A stretch of 64,000 nucleotides of DNA from Eutreptiella sp. 'Long Island Sound 2002' (taxonomy: Eukaryota; Protista; Euglenida), in NCBI GenBank assembly GCA_964036045.1, contig OZ038378.1, positions 195,858,001 to 195,922,000 on the forward strand, given 5' to 3'. Positions 12,370-23,104 of this stretch are shown piece after piece. A program made the position numbers and the translations under genes. Each line of letters begins with the position of its first letter. Position 1 is the stretch's first letter. Below the pieces are notes generated by a model, which did not search any database, was not told where the DNA came from, and saw only the letters and a program-made list of their open reading frames with translations.

Positions 12370-13664
12370 TTGGACCCCATACTGGTCGAGGAGGTCGAAT
12401 GCGAGAACAATGGCTACACCCTGGATACCCCAAGGGATCGACTCCGGCCCCGAGACATGGTGGAGACTACTCTTGGCGGAGACGAGTACGTTGTGTCATA
12501 CGCTGCAGCCCCCGTCACCGTCTGCAATGTACCTAATCCTGACGTAGTCTCAAAATGTGGGCTATCTGAGCTACCCAGATCAATACACTCTGATGACGAA
12601 AACGACCGCGACGCCTTCTTTGTCCAGACTTGTGTGAAAGAAGTACAGAACGCCGACTACGCTACGCCAGAGAAACCTCTGTTCTCCATGAGGAGAGAGG
12701 AGCCCCTGGATGAGGAGCTGGACCACCGATCTAGGCTGAGAGAGTACCTAGACTCTAAGAGGAGAGTCGTGGAGAAGAGGCTATGCTACGCTAAACCTTC
12801 CCGCAGCTCCCATTCGCTGAAGCAAAGACCGAAGGAACATATTTCTCAAATCAAGGAGGACCTTGAGATTACCACCTGGCAACGTGAGGTGGACTTGAAA
12901 CTCATAAAGAGCGTAATGGTGCCCATGTGAATACCTCTGAAGAAGAAGAGCTCTCAGAGGAATGTATATGCGAACCCCCTTGAGCATGTCTATGCTGTAC
13001 CACACCACCAAAGACGGTCGAGCGGGACCTACTCCATGCCTATTAAGGGCCTAAGGACCGAGCCAAGGACGCTGAGCCGATTGAGGCCCACCTCCCCGCT
13101 TTCATACACCAAGGGGCAAGCAACTTACGCTGTGATAAGGACCGGGAAGACAAGATCAAGCCCCTACACCCAAGGGCATAGAAGCTGATCACGACGTATC
13201 TGGGGGTGTTCGGGGAAGTACCTCCTCCAGCTTCCTGTGATAAGCTGATCCAGATGGACCTCAAGCTGAAGCCTCGGTTCGTGACGCATATGATACATCA
13301 GAGGCCCTACCTAGCTCATAAAGAGCCGGCTTATGAAATGGAACGTCAGATACAAGAATTTAGGATGCCGGCCTGGTCGTGGAGTATAACGATGGGGACT
13401 ATCCCCAATACTGCAGCCCCTGTTTCTTGATGGCTAGGCGTGGGTCTTTAGCCAAATGGCTGGTAGTGGACTATGCAAAGCTGAACGAGAAAAGGTTGAA
13501 CCACTCCGGGTCTATTCCGAATATGGAGTCAACCTTGGAAAAGATAGCCCCTTGTTGCTACAAGGCGAAGATGGACAAGAGGAGTGGGTTCTGCAAGGTG
13601 GACCTAACGCGCAACGCCCAGCAGCTGCTAGCGTTCATTACCTCTCAGGGGAGGGTGTTCAAGT
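12370..13664 (+). pseudogene. gypsy pol, linker and RT N-terminal part
   Basis: ORFs 12370-12930, 13206-13430 and 13379-13669. They end at the insertion TSD in ..GRVFK. Confidence 0.85.
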
Positions 13665-14163
13665 CTTAGGCAGCTCAAGTTGCATGGTCAAAATGCGCCC
13701 AAAACTGCCTCTCCACGGCACTGCGAAAAAATAGTCCTTTTGGGGGGGACCTAAAACACAAGAACCAAAAATCCTGTGAAAAGCAATTAACTGGTCCATT
13801 TTCCTTTATTTTCAACAAAACCGACTGCCCGGAAAAATGATTTATTTCCACCAAAATGAGGTCCTTTTTGGGAAAACCACGACTTTTTGTTTTCTATACC
13901 ACTTATGCTTTGCAATAAAAACACCCATGAGCTTTCAATCTTTTGGAAAACGAGTTTTCGAAAACCATGTTGCACGCTGCACGACAAGAAGCATTTTTTG
14001 GCACCCCTTCTTTGCGCGAGGCCTCGCGCAAACACCAACACAACAGCGCAATAAAATGCATCACGGAGAAAAATGTGCCGCACAAGGTGACAGCATAAAG
14101 GTCGTCGAAGAAGAATGCATAGCGCGAGCCCTCGCGCATAATATATCAGACCAAGCGAAGAAA

Positions 14164-16945
14164 TTACTTTTTCTTCGGAACAGTTTGCATCTTAGAACGC
14201 AATGCCTTAGCAACGGACATCTTACCCTTAGGCGGTGGCTTTGCGGGCTCGCTTCTTGGTTGGGACTGACGGGCTAGCTGCTTGAATGGAGCTCGGGCCC
14301 CGGTTTCCTCGGACCTCGGCTTCGCTGCCACTTTCTTCGGTGCCTTGCCCTGGGAGACCTGCGCTTCCTCCTCCTCTTCTTCCTCGCTCTCCTCCTCTTC
14401 ATCCCCATCGCTCTCGTATGATTCTGCACCGGTAACCAACTTCGCTGCCTGAGGCTTGGAGGCAGTCTTCTTCTTCTTGGGGGCTGTTTCCCCACCAGTA
14501 GACTTCCGCTTTGCAGGGGCCAGTGCTTCTGCAGCTTGACCTTTCTCAACAGTCTCTTCCTCCTTCAGCGACAACGCATCAGAACCCACCTTGTCATCGC
14601 GAACCCAAAGGGGAATACCACGGTTTGACCAATTGGCCTGCTGGTCCCAATCACCAAACGCGTCCAGTTTCGACCCTTGTGTCAATACGTGGTTCAACTG
14701 AGTCTGCACTCTGTTGACCCAATTGGAGAGATTGTCGGAGGTAACACCAAGAAGGTACATGCGAGAATCGGGCTCGATGGACGCGATCTTGCACACATCA
14801 GATCCGGCTGATGATCAATGAACACAAACGCAGGCTTGAAGCTCTTATCCTGCTTCAGGTAAAAGAGGTGAGTGTCGAAATACCACATAACCGTCGTTAT
14901 CGGAAGGTGACCGCCACATTCAACAGGATCCATCTCCTCTACTTGAGTAGGTCCAAACGTCACATAATTCGGAATCTGCAATGAGGGAGAAGTTATTGCG
15001 CGAGGCCTCGCGCAAAGAGCGGATGTAATGAGGGAATTATACCTTTCTCGACCAGCTATCCGGTGACGAAATCAGCAACCAGCGAACGTCAAACGTTGTA
15101 GGATCCCCTGCAGGCTTCGGTTTGACTGGACAACTGAAGATCGGAAGACGCAACATGTTAGCCATGCGCGGCGCGTTGAAATCATCGTTGAGACGCCTAT
15201 CTGTTTCCGTCTCCAGCACGTCGAACATGTTGTCAACAACAGTTTGAGAGCCGCAGATAAGGGTATCGGCACGCGCCATCTCTTCATACAGCCAGGCTAG
15301 GCACATCATCCCAGGAGCAAGATGTTCAAATATGTCGCCGTTGATGACAATCAGGTTCTTGTCAATCTCAATAGACCGCCTCGGGGGATCGTGGGCCAAC
15401 GCTGCAATTCGGGTCGCCTTAATTGTGATAGTTTGACTTGACAGTAATGGATCCTGCTGTTCCACTGTCTTGAAGTCACCAGTAACGCCAGCAGCTGGGG
15501 GGACCACACGGCTCTTGGTAGGCTCTTGACCCAGGAGTTTTTGGACGTTGAGGATTTTCAGGGAGGCGGGTTTGCCTTTCTCTGCCACCTGCCACAGTGG
15601 TGCGCGAATCATGGATTTCCATGCCGGCCATGGACCGCGACTTTTGCCTTCAGGTTCCCGCCAATAGCCCCATGTACCAAGAGTCACCTTCAGGGCAGGC
15701 CTTCCAAGTGCAGCAACCTCTTTGCGGGTCCGCATGTCTTTGGCTAAAGAACAGAAATGGAGAAAGTGCGGCGCACCAATGCAGAAGCGGAACCCACGTC
15801 GCGTCGATGGTACACACCTTTCTCAGGTTGAACGTACTGGCCGTTGTGCGGGTGGTCCAGATGCATTGAGACCCACTGGTCAAGGATGATGTCATCAAAC
15901 GAATCTGGCAAGGATTTAAGGGTTGTTTTTTCTTCCTGCATCACTTCTACCACTTTCCTGTAGAACTCCGGCAACAGGATCCCGTCCAGTTTCTTCAGCG
16001 CGTTCTTCGTGACTTTCTCCCCTTTGTCGTGGAACTTCTGCAGACCTTTCACGGCTTCTGGACCAGCATAGTAGGCAAACATCATAAAATCTCTCCACAA
16101 TTTATACGTTTTGTCCTGAAAGTGACAAGGTTATGCGCGAGGCCTCGCGCAAGGAACAGCATCGAAACAACGATTAATGAACATACTAATTGACCAGGCT
16201 GCTTCAGTTCAGCGGTTGAAACCAGGGCACTCATCTCCACAGCATCCACAATGGCGATCTTGAGATTGCTGTACGTGTCAGCCAGGCCTCGCCGCCGCTG
16301 ATCTTCAACACACTGCCTCATACAGCGGTATTGGCTCAACGTCTTGTGCGCTTCCTTGTGCTTGTCCCGCCAGCTTTGCACGGAAGGCCCACGGTGTCGT
16401 AGGCTTCAGAATATCGGCGATGCATGTAGTATGCCACTGCTGCAGATCCAGACACGCTGTGCGTCGCTTCTCCCGAATCTTCGCAATCGCTTTCACGCTG
16501 TGTTGTCCAGATACACATCAATAATCGCCATCTGCAAATATGAGACACGTCTATGCGTGAGGGCTCGCGCAACGAGAAGAGCGAACAGTCGGTTGGCAAC
16601 ATACTATTATGTTCCCAGAGAACGACGTGTAATGGGCCTGTTGGCGGTGCTACTTCGAGTGACTCAATACGCTTCTGCAGTAACTTCGTATCTTTCCGTC
16701 TAACTAAGTCTAATCTGCCCCTTTGCCTTCTCCTGGTCGATTCTCACGTTGTCCAGCTCAACCTCCACCTGCCTCCCATCCGGTTTCAGGTGGTCCTCGA
16801 TGTCAGTACCCAAGGTTAAGCCAGGATCTGGTTTTTCCGTCTTCTTACGCCCCTTCTTTGGTGTTCCAGCCTCCGATCCTGAGGTCCCAGGGTCATAGTC
16901 GGTATCTTCTCGTTCCTCGGCTGTTTTTCTGGCGGGGCTTGCCAT
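14164..16945 (-). pseudogene. Spliced ~800-900-aa protein with N-terminal ParB/sulfiredoxin-fold domain and acidic/Lys-rich C-terminal tail; several frameshifts and one stop
   Basis: Start MASPARK at 16945. Region reads V.LDNVRID..GQIR..DTKLLQKRIESL..PPTGPLHVVLWEHN|NGDY*CVSGQHSVKAIAKIRE..ILKP..RAKLAGQAQ. GT-AG introns at 16532-16604, 16116-16186 and 14976-15042. The last two join ORFs 16082-16381/15744-16100 and 15037-15735/14694-14981 exactly in frame (QL|DKTYKLW; SRK|IPNY). Confidence 0.75.
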
Positions 16946-18841
16946 TCTGCGATAAGGAGAAAGCGTGTATTGAAGGAAACATAACATTGAAAAGGGTTAA
17001 AATCGTCGTCAATAATGCATATGTGAGGCGCTTTTAGCGAATACGAGTACAGTATGGTTGAGAATGCAAAACTGAAGGGGCTCGGCACTGTTTTTGACTG
17101 TCAACCTTGCGCAAGGCCTCGCGCAAGAGAGGGCGTGTACTAACCTGTTGTTTCATGCTGTTTGCGCGAGGCCTCGCGCATCACTGCATGTTCTCCAATC
17201 TTCTTCGAACGTTTCGCAGCGTGTCGGCCTCTCTCTGTTCCTCCAACACACTGCGTTGGGGGATCAGCTCCGACAGTTTTCGCTTAAAACCAGCCTTAAG
17301 CGGCCCCTGTTGCGTTAGCACCAACAACACAGACACAAGGACTTGTTTGTAGTGGTTAGAACCCTTTGGAATTAGAAGAGACGGTGGAAAGTTAGGTACA
17401 CCCCTGCGCGGCCAATGCGCCTGAATTGTACAAGTAGGCTCAGCACACCACCTAACCCAAGGCACATATACACGTTGTGCGTTAAAGTAAGCAGTTAACC
17501 GCTGACGCAGGGAATTGACAAAGGAATTGGGGATTTTGCAGATGTTCACCCTGTGACCTTCTTTGCGGATAGTGATGAGATGATACAGATCGTCAACATT
17601 TTCAATGGTTACTGCACCTCTGTTTTGGCCCTTCTTTGTCACAAGGCTGGAAAGCAGACTTTCACAAAACTCCTCGGCAAAAGCCTGTCCAGGCATGGCT
17701 GTGTGCCATGCAGTGTGGCACAATAGCGCAGTTGCAACAGTGCGTTCGTATTTTAAAAGTGTGTCCCCCATGTTCAAACGGTCTAACGGACACATAACAA
17801 TCTGCAATCCCTCAGAAGCAAAAACACCCGTGTTGGCCGTCTCCCCGGCCCAATTGCACTGTCTAACGAGGTGACCTAGGTATAGTAACATAGGACAGTA
17901 TTGTGTTAACAGAACCTGTATGGCCTTACACACAGCGTAACGGAGGCGTCCTTGCTGATTTACAGGACGTGCCAGCCCAAGGGAATGTGGGGGCCCATAC
18001 CCAACAGCAGTGCGCCAACAGTTATCTCCATTGTGATCAGCTTGGGAAAACAGGGGACTGTGTCACCGCTGCGCAACAAACCTTTACGGAAGAAAGTCAC
18101 GATCGGCCAAAATGAGCGAAATGTTTGTGTAACGCAAAACTTGTACACGTGCCAGAAACCATACAATATAGGGTGTGACCGCAAGAAAAGCCGGACATTC
18201 CAACCCGTTGTTTTTTCACCGTACATCATCTTACAAATGCGGTAATGGATGTTCTCATCACATAAAACAGGCACAACTGGTCGAGTGTGCTGCGCCAATT
18301 CCCTAGTGAATTGCAATAGATTAAGCAGCGAGACGTTGCCGCTCACCTTTTCTTTAGTTAGACAAAGGGGTTGCCAATGTGGTCTCTTGGCAGGTACAGG
18401 GCGAATAATGTCAAGCGGCGCCCTAATGTTTCGAACAACAGGTCGCGTGCTTGCAAATCCTAGATCACGCAGGATACGTGCAAATGTTCCCTCGGTGTTC
18501 CCCAGCATGTGTGCAACAACAGGAACACGCCGTTCAAGCTCTTCCAGGCTAGGATGACCATGCCAGTAGCGCGATGCATCCTTCAGTAGCAGCACAGCCA
18601 ACGCTGTTGCGTTGAGGCTTTTGTCGTTCTTGTCAGGATTTGTGGTAAACTGTTTGTTGTACCAGTTGTCCATCCGCAACACAACCCACTGTTGGTGTAT
18701 TTTGTTCCATGTAGTCTGTAACCTGACTGCGGCCTTCTCCTTCAGCGAAGGTGCGCTGTATCACGCCAGACCTGACCTTGCTAAAATGCGACGCTGCGCC
18801 CTACTTCCCTCTACCGCCACAACTGACTTTGGTTTTCCCTG

Positions 18842-21800
18842 TGTAAAGGGCAGCTCAGGACAGGACAGGACAAGGTTGATTTCTTCTGTGGACCTCTGCA
18901 GTTGGCAGGGTCAGGATTACAGGAATTATGTTTAAATTTTGTGTGTTGTGCATGACATAGCCCCATATAAGTTATGTGCTGTGGTGCGTCGCAGATGCCG
19001 CTTTTTGGGCACTGCAGGGCACGCGTGCGCACTGATTTGTGCATTGTTTTCTTTCTGAGAAGCACTGATTTTTATTATAAAAAGATCTGATTTTGTAGGA
19101 TTTTAGCATGTTTACAGTGTATGTATTGTGCTGAGCGTCCATTATTGTTTAGGCCATGAAACGGCTTATCTGTTGAATCACTCCGTATCACCAAGTCAAG
19201 ATTGATCAACTCATTTGATTTATTGCGTGCGGCAATTACAAGAAGGGCGTCGTTTCAAGGTTTTCAAAATGGGACTGCAGGAGATTCAAAATGAGAGGTT
19301 TGAAAATTCTGAGTACTGGCCGAAACAAGACTCGGAGGTCTTGAAATATTCAACAGATAATCACGACGTTTCTTTGCCTTTGCCTGTAGCTGCAGATGAG
19401 ATCAATAAGAGTGAGGAGTGCAATCACAGGAGTCTACGGCCCGGCCGAGCCGTCAATCAAGACACCATCAAGGCGCCGTCCAGACCAGCGCCAGCCCCGC
19501 CCAGGACAACACGGCCGCCGAAGCGCCTTTCAAGTGGAGTAACAGAAGTGCCACGATGTGCTGAAGCCGCCGCCATCACAGCAGTGCAACGACTCGTCGC
19601 AGAGGAAGAACGAATAAGGCAAAGTCTCAGGTATGAGCAACAAGTCATCTGCGCGAAGAGGTACGCGAACTTTGGCCACGTTTTTCAAAAGCTCTATTGT
19701 CGGTTGTTCCAGCCTTCGTTGAATTCGGGGCAGACAAGTACGCCGCTGAACGAACTGAAGGAACCACGGGAGCGCTCATTGAAGGAGCTGGCGGAAACCA
19801 GCAAGGCAACGCCAAAGAAGAACACCGCAAAATCGAATGCGCCGCCGAACAAGAACAAAGCGTCTGAGTCATCAGGTGTGTTGGCGAAGTTGGAGACGTC
19901 GTTGGAAAATTCCTTGAAGCGATCCTTAAGTGACCTCCGACAAGTTGTGGAACTGTTGGGTAACTGTTCGCCCTCTGTGTCCGTCAGAACGAACAAATGG
20001 AACAAGTTCGTCGATAAGCAAGAACCAAGGCCCGTTTCAAGTGTGACGAAGCGCCGGCAGAACGAATCCCAAGTGACTGAGCGCCGAACGGACGAGTTAC
20101 AAGCGAGTTTGGATGATTTTGACGCGTGGACAGTAACTTCGGGAGATCCTGGTGGAGTTCAGCAGCGAAGGAGCTCCACAAATGAGTCGTCGAACGTCGC
20201 GAGGCCCAAACAAAGGGGACAAAGAGCAGGACGTGCTGTGCAGCGGCGCCATGCAGCCGTCAAGCTGCTCGAGCTTTTTGAGACAATGGTGGGACCTAAA
20301 AAGTGGACTTGGCTGTATCAGGGCAAGAGATCCAGTTCACAAGTGGCAGCGTGCCCACCAAGCGAGACGTGGGGCCAAGCTGTACAACCACGAAGATGCA
20401 AGGACACGAATAATCCTTTCTCGTAAGGAGTTGGCGTTGACAGCGCTCAACTTTGACAGCTTTTGGCGCTGCGAGCGCCTTCTTATGCTTTGTGTGAACA
20501 ACTGTGCTTTGCACAGTGTACAGCCTTTTGGGCTGCATATATGCAGGGATCTGATTTAGATTCGCTGGCATGTACATTTTCAGTATGTCAACGAGGTCTT
20601 TTTTGACCTCTTCGTGGGCGCCAAGCGCCTTGTTTGCTGGCACTGACATGTGGCTTTGCTTTCTTTTGCGTTGTAGATGCTATTTTGAATCTGCAATGAG
20701 CAGTGGTGGGGTACACCCTGCTTGACACTTTGAGTGAACTCTGGTTTACTCAGTTTTTTCATTTTTGTTTTGCTGTGCACCTGCCTGCTTGTGAGCAGTG
20801 TGTCTTTTTTTGTTTTTCAACTGCTTCTGTCGTGGAGAAAAAGCAGAGTGGTTTTCTTTTTGGTTTTTCTGCTTTTGTTGGGAAAAAGCAGGGGTTTTGT
20901 TTCAGTATTTTTATACTATGTTTTTCCCGTACCATGAGCACTTCAGGCTGTGTGCCATGAGCACTTATCAGGTTTTACACCCTTTGGAGAGTTTGACTGG
21001 GTATAGGTTGAAGCACCACCGCACCACTCCCTTAGGGCACTGTTTTGTGACAGAAATCCCTTTCAGGAGGGTAAAACTATCTATGGTACCAGTGGTATTC
21101 CACTAGCATGATCTGCACATAGATAGTAGCTGTTTTTACCTGGAATGGGTAGAAATAGCCAGATCACAGACAATAATATCTGTATATTATTGTAGGTTAA
21201 AGCCTGCATGTTTTGCTATTTTTTTTCTCGGGTCAGCAACTCATTTGGGGAGTGCTGAGCCTGGGGGGGGAGTGTAAACATGCAAGGCAGCCTTTTGGGT
21301 GCTTGCGTTTTACACCCACCCAGCTCTGTCTGAGCTTTTCCCACCCCTATGGTAAAACCCTTCGCACCCTTTTGTTTTGGGGTCTCAGCCACACATCAGG
21401 GTATGTGTGGGCTTGGGGGGGGAGTGTAAAGGGCAGCTCAGGACAGGACAGGACAAGGTTGATTTCTTCTGTGGACCTCTGCAGTTGGCAGGGTCAGGAT
21501 TACAGGAATTATGTTTAAATTTTGTGTGTTGTGCATGACATAGCCCCATATAAGTTATGTGCTGTGGTGCGTCGCAGATGCCGCTTTTTGGGCACTGCAG
21601 GGCACGCGTGCGCACTGATTTGTGCATTGTTTTCTTTCTGAGAAGCACTGATTTTTATTATAAAAAGATCTGATTTTGTAGGATTTTAGCATGTTTACAG
21701 TGTATGTATTGTGCTGAGCGTCCATTATTGTTTAGGCCATGAAACGGCTTATCTGTTGAATCACTCCGTATCACCAAGTCAAGATTGATCAACTCATTTG

Positions 21801-21921
21801 ATTTATTGCGTGCGGCAATTACAAGAAGGGCGTCGTTTCAAGGTTTTCAAAATGGGACTGCAGGAGATTCAAAATGAGAGGTTTGAAAATTCTGAGTACT
21901 GGCCGAAACAAGACTCGGAGG
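18842..21921 (+). mobile_element. 3.08-kb non-autonomous element with ~499-bp identical terminal direct repeats, no clear TSD
   Basis: 18841-19339 matches 21424-21922. The repeats begin (G)TGTAAAGGG, and GGGGGGGGAG (PPT-like) precedes the second repeat. The ends lack a terminal CA and share only GT with the target. Confidence 0.85.
19215..20426 (+). CDS. 403-aa uninterrupted ORF (likely start Met ~19270); coiled-coil/low-complexity, possibly gag/ORF1-like
   Basis: Long stop-free ORF inside the direct-repeat element, with helical segments and an RGQRAGRAVQRR basic motif. No recognisable catalytic motif. Confidence 0.5.
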   Translation: MIYCVRQLQEGRRFKVFKMGLQEIQNERFENSEYWPKQDSEVLKYSTDNHDVSLPLPVAADEINKSEECNHRSLRPGRAVNQDTIKAPSRPAPAPPRTTRPPKRLSSGVTEVPRCAEAAAITAVQRLVAEEERIRQSLRYEQQVICAKRYANFGHVFQKLYCRLFQPSLNSGQTSTPLNELKEPRERSLKELAETSKATPKKNTAKSNAPPNKNKASESSGVLAKLETSLENSLKRSLSDLRQVVELLGNCSPSVSVRTNKWNKFVDKQEPRPVSSVTKRRQNESQVTERRTDELQASLDDFDAWTVTSGDPGGVQQRRSSTNESSNVARPKQRGQRAGRAVQRRHAAVKLLELFETMVGPKKWTWLYQGKRSSSQVAACPPSETWGQAVQPRRCKDTNNPFS

Positions 21922-23104
21922 TATGGAACTGCGCGGTGGCGCATCAGCAAATAAAGGCGCCAGGCCTCCTCTATCAAAACACCAACCCATCTCTTGCCTT
22001 CTGCCGCAATCGCCTTTTCAACGCTGCAACGCGTCCGTTCATTTTTGCGCAGACGCAGAAAAAACACAAACAACAATCGCGCGCCCTCGTCCCCATGTTT
22101 TAGCCCTTCCCATAGTTCTTCTGCCGTGTGGTACGGCGGTGCCTCTGAGCAGACATCGCGGAAAACTCCAGATGCTGCGGCCACTGTCTTCTCAAGGTCC
22201 ACCTCTTTTCGCAGGGGCATTGTTGCTGTGAAGAATAATTGCGTACCTGTATCTACGTAAAGATCGCTGTTTGAAAAACTTTATTTGAAACATCAACCTG
22301 TCACACAGTTTTCGCGCGACCAATTCTTCTGTGATTCGCTTGTCGCATGCACCATTTTCGGTTAACTGTAACTGTCTGGTGATCCCACATTTGACTAGTT
22401 AATCCTGATTGCGGTAGCCAGTTGCGGCGCACTACCATCGCTGTTGGGCAGTGAAGCCAGCGGTGACAAGGTATGAAAACTGGAGAGGCCGGCGGGACCT
22501 GTATGGGCGCCCATGCAGCAGCGCCGCATCAAGGGAATGCACATGCTGTGTAGTTGGTGGATCTGTTCCATTTTTGGTTTCTATGAGCGCTTATGAGATC
22601 CATTGCGCGAGGCCTCTCGCAATGATCACCGAAACTTTAATGTTTCTCATGCGCCGTTCCATGCGCAAGGCCTCGCGCTTGAAACTGCAGTTTGTTCCGG
22701 AACATTTATACTTTTCAAGATTCTTGGGTACACCATTGTTGCAGTTTATTCGTTAATAGATCCATCTCTATCACGCAATCCTGATAATGGTACTAAGTTA
22801 CGTGTATAAATACGACAGGGTTCCATTTTTCGACAACCTGTCTAATGCGTCGTGCTGTAGCACATTAATCTGACACAAATGAACGTCTTTGCGCGAGGCC
22901 TCGCGCAAAGAAACGTCACGAAACAATACTTTTCCCTGTCTCGCCCATGGGACACGTCATTCTTATAGAAATATTTATTCCGCCATACTTGTTTGCGACG
23001 GTTTTACAATATCCATCAAAACAACCATTTTTTGATGCCTTTGGAAACCTGTCATTTTCCTACCTTTTCCTTCGTTTTTAACCATGCAACTTGAGCCAGC
23101 TAAG

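Larger units (their letters stand above)
17181..22220 (-). pseudogene. Putative DDE transposase (Academ/DUF6589-like), split by the 18842-21921 insertion; frameshifted
   Basis: N-terminal ORF 21819-22220 (..LMRHRAVPY) rejoins RENQ..RRILARSGL after the insertion. It continues WVVLRMDNWY, VLCDENIHYRICKMMY, LYGFWHVYK and AFAEEFCESLLSSL (candidate D, D, E). Family assignment is by motif resemblance only. Confidence 0.65.
14011..22910. repeat. Ten dispersed copies of palindrome (TT)GCGCGAGGCCTCGCGC(AA)
   Basis: Copies at 14011-14032, 14122-14137, 14996-15015, 16134-16151, 16554-16571, 17106-17127, 17163-17180, 22601-22624, 22663-22678 and 22887-22910. Five are perfect and five have 1-2 mismatches. 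I saw none outside the element. Confidence 0.92.
13665..23104 (-). mobile_element. 9.44-kb DNA transposon (Academ/DUF6589-like transposase plus ParB-like second gene)
   Basis: 29-bp TIR with 25/29 identity (CTTAGGCAGCTCAAGTTGCATGGTCAAAA). 5-bp TSD CAAGT at 13660-13664 and 23105-23109. Removing the element restores gtg ttc aag tgg acg gtc atg (VFKWTVM) of the RT. Confidence 0.92.

Noticed and set aside
14011-22910. Palindromes as a CRISPR repeat or independent MITE family
   Set aside because: Spacing is irregular (60 bp to 5 kb), there are no spacers or TSDs, and the flanks are unrelated.
13665-23104. TnpB/Fanzor RNA-guided nuclease as the second gene
   Set aside because: No RuvC D-E-D motifs or CxxC zinc ribbon are visible. 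The N-terminus looks ParB-like instead.
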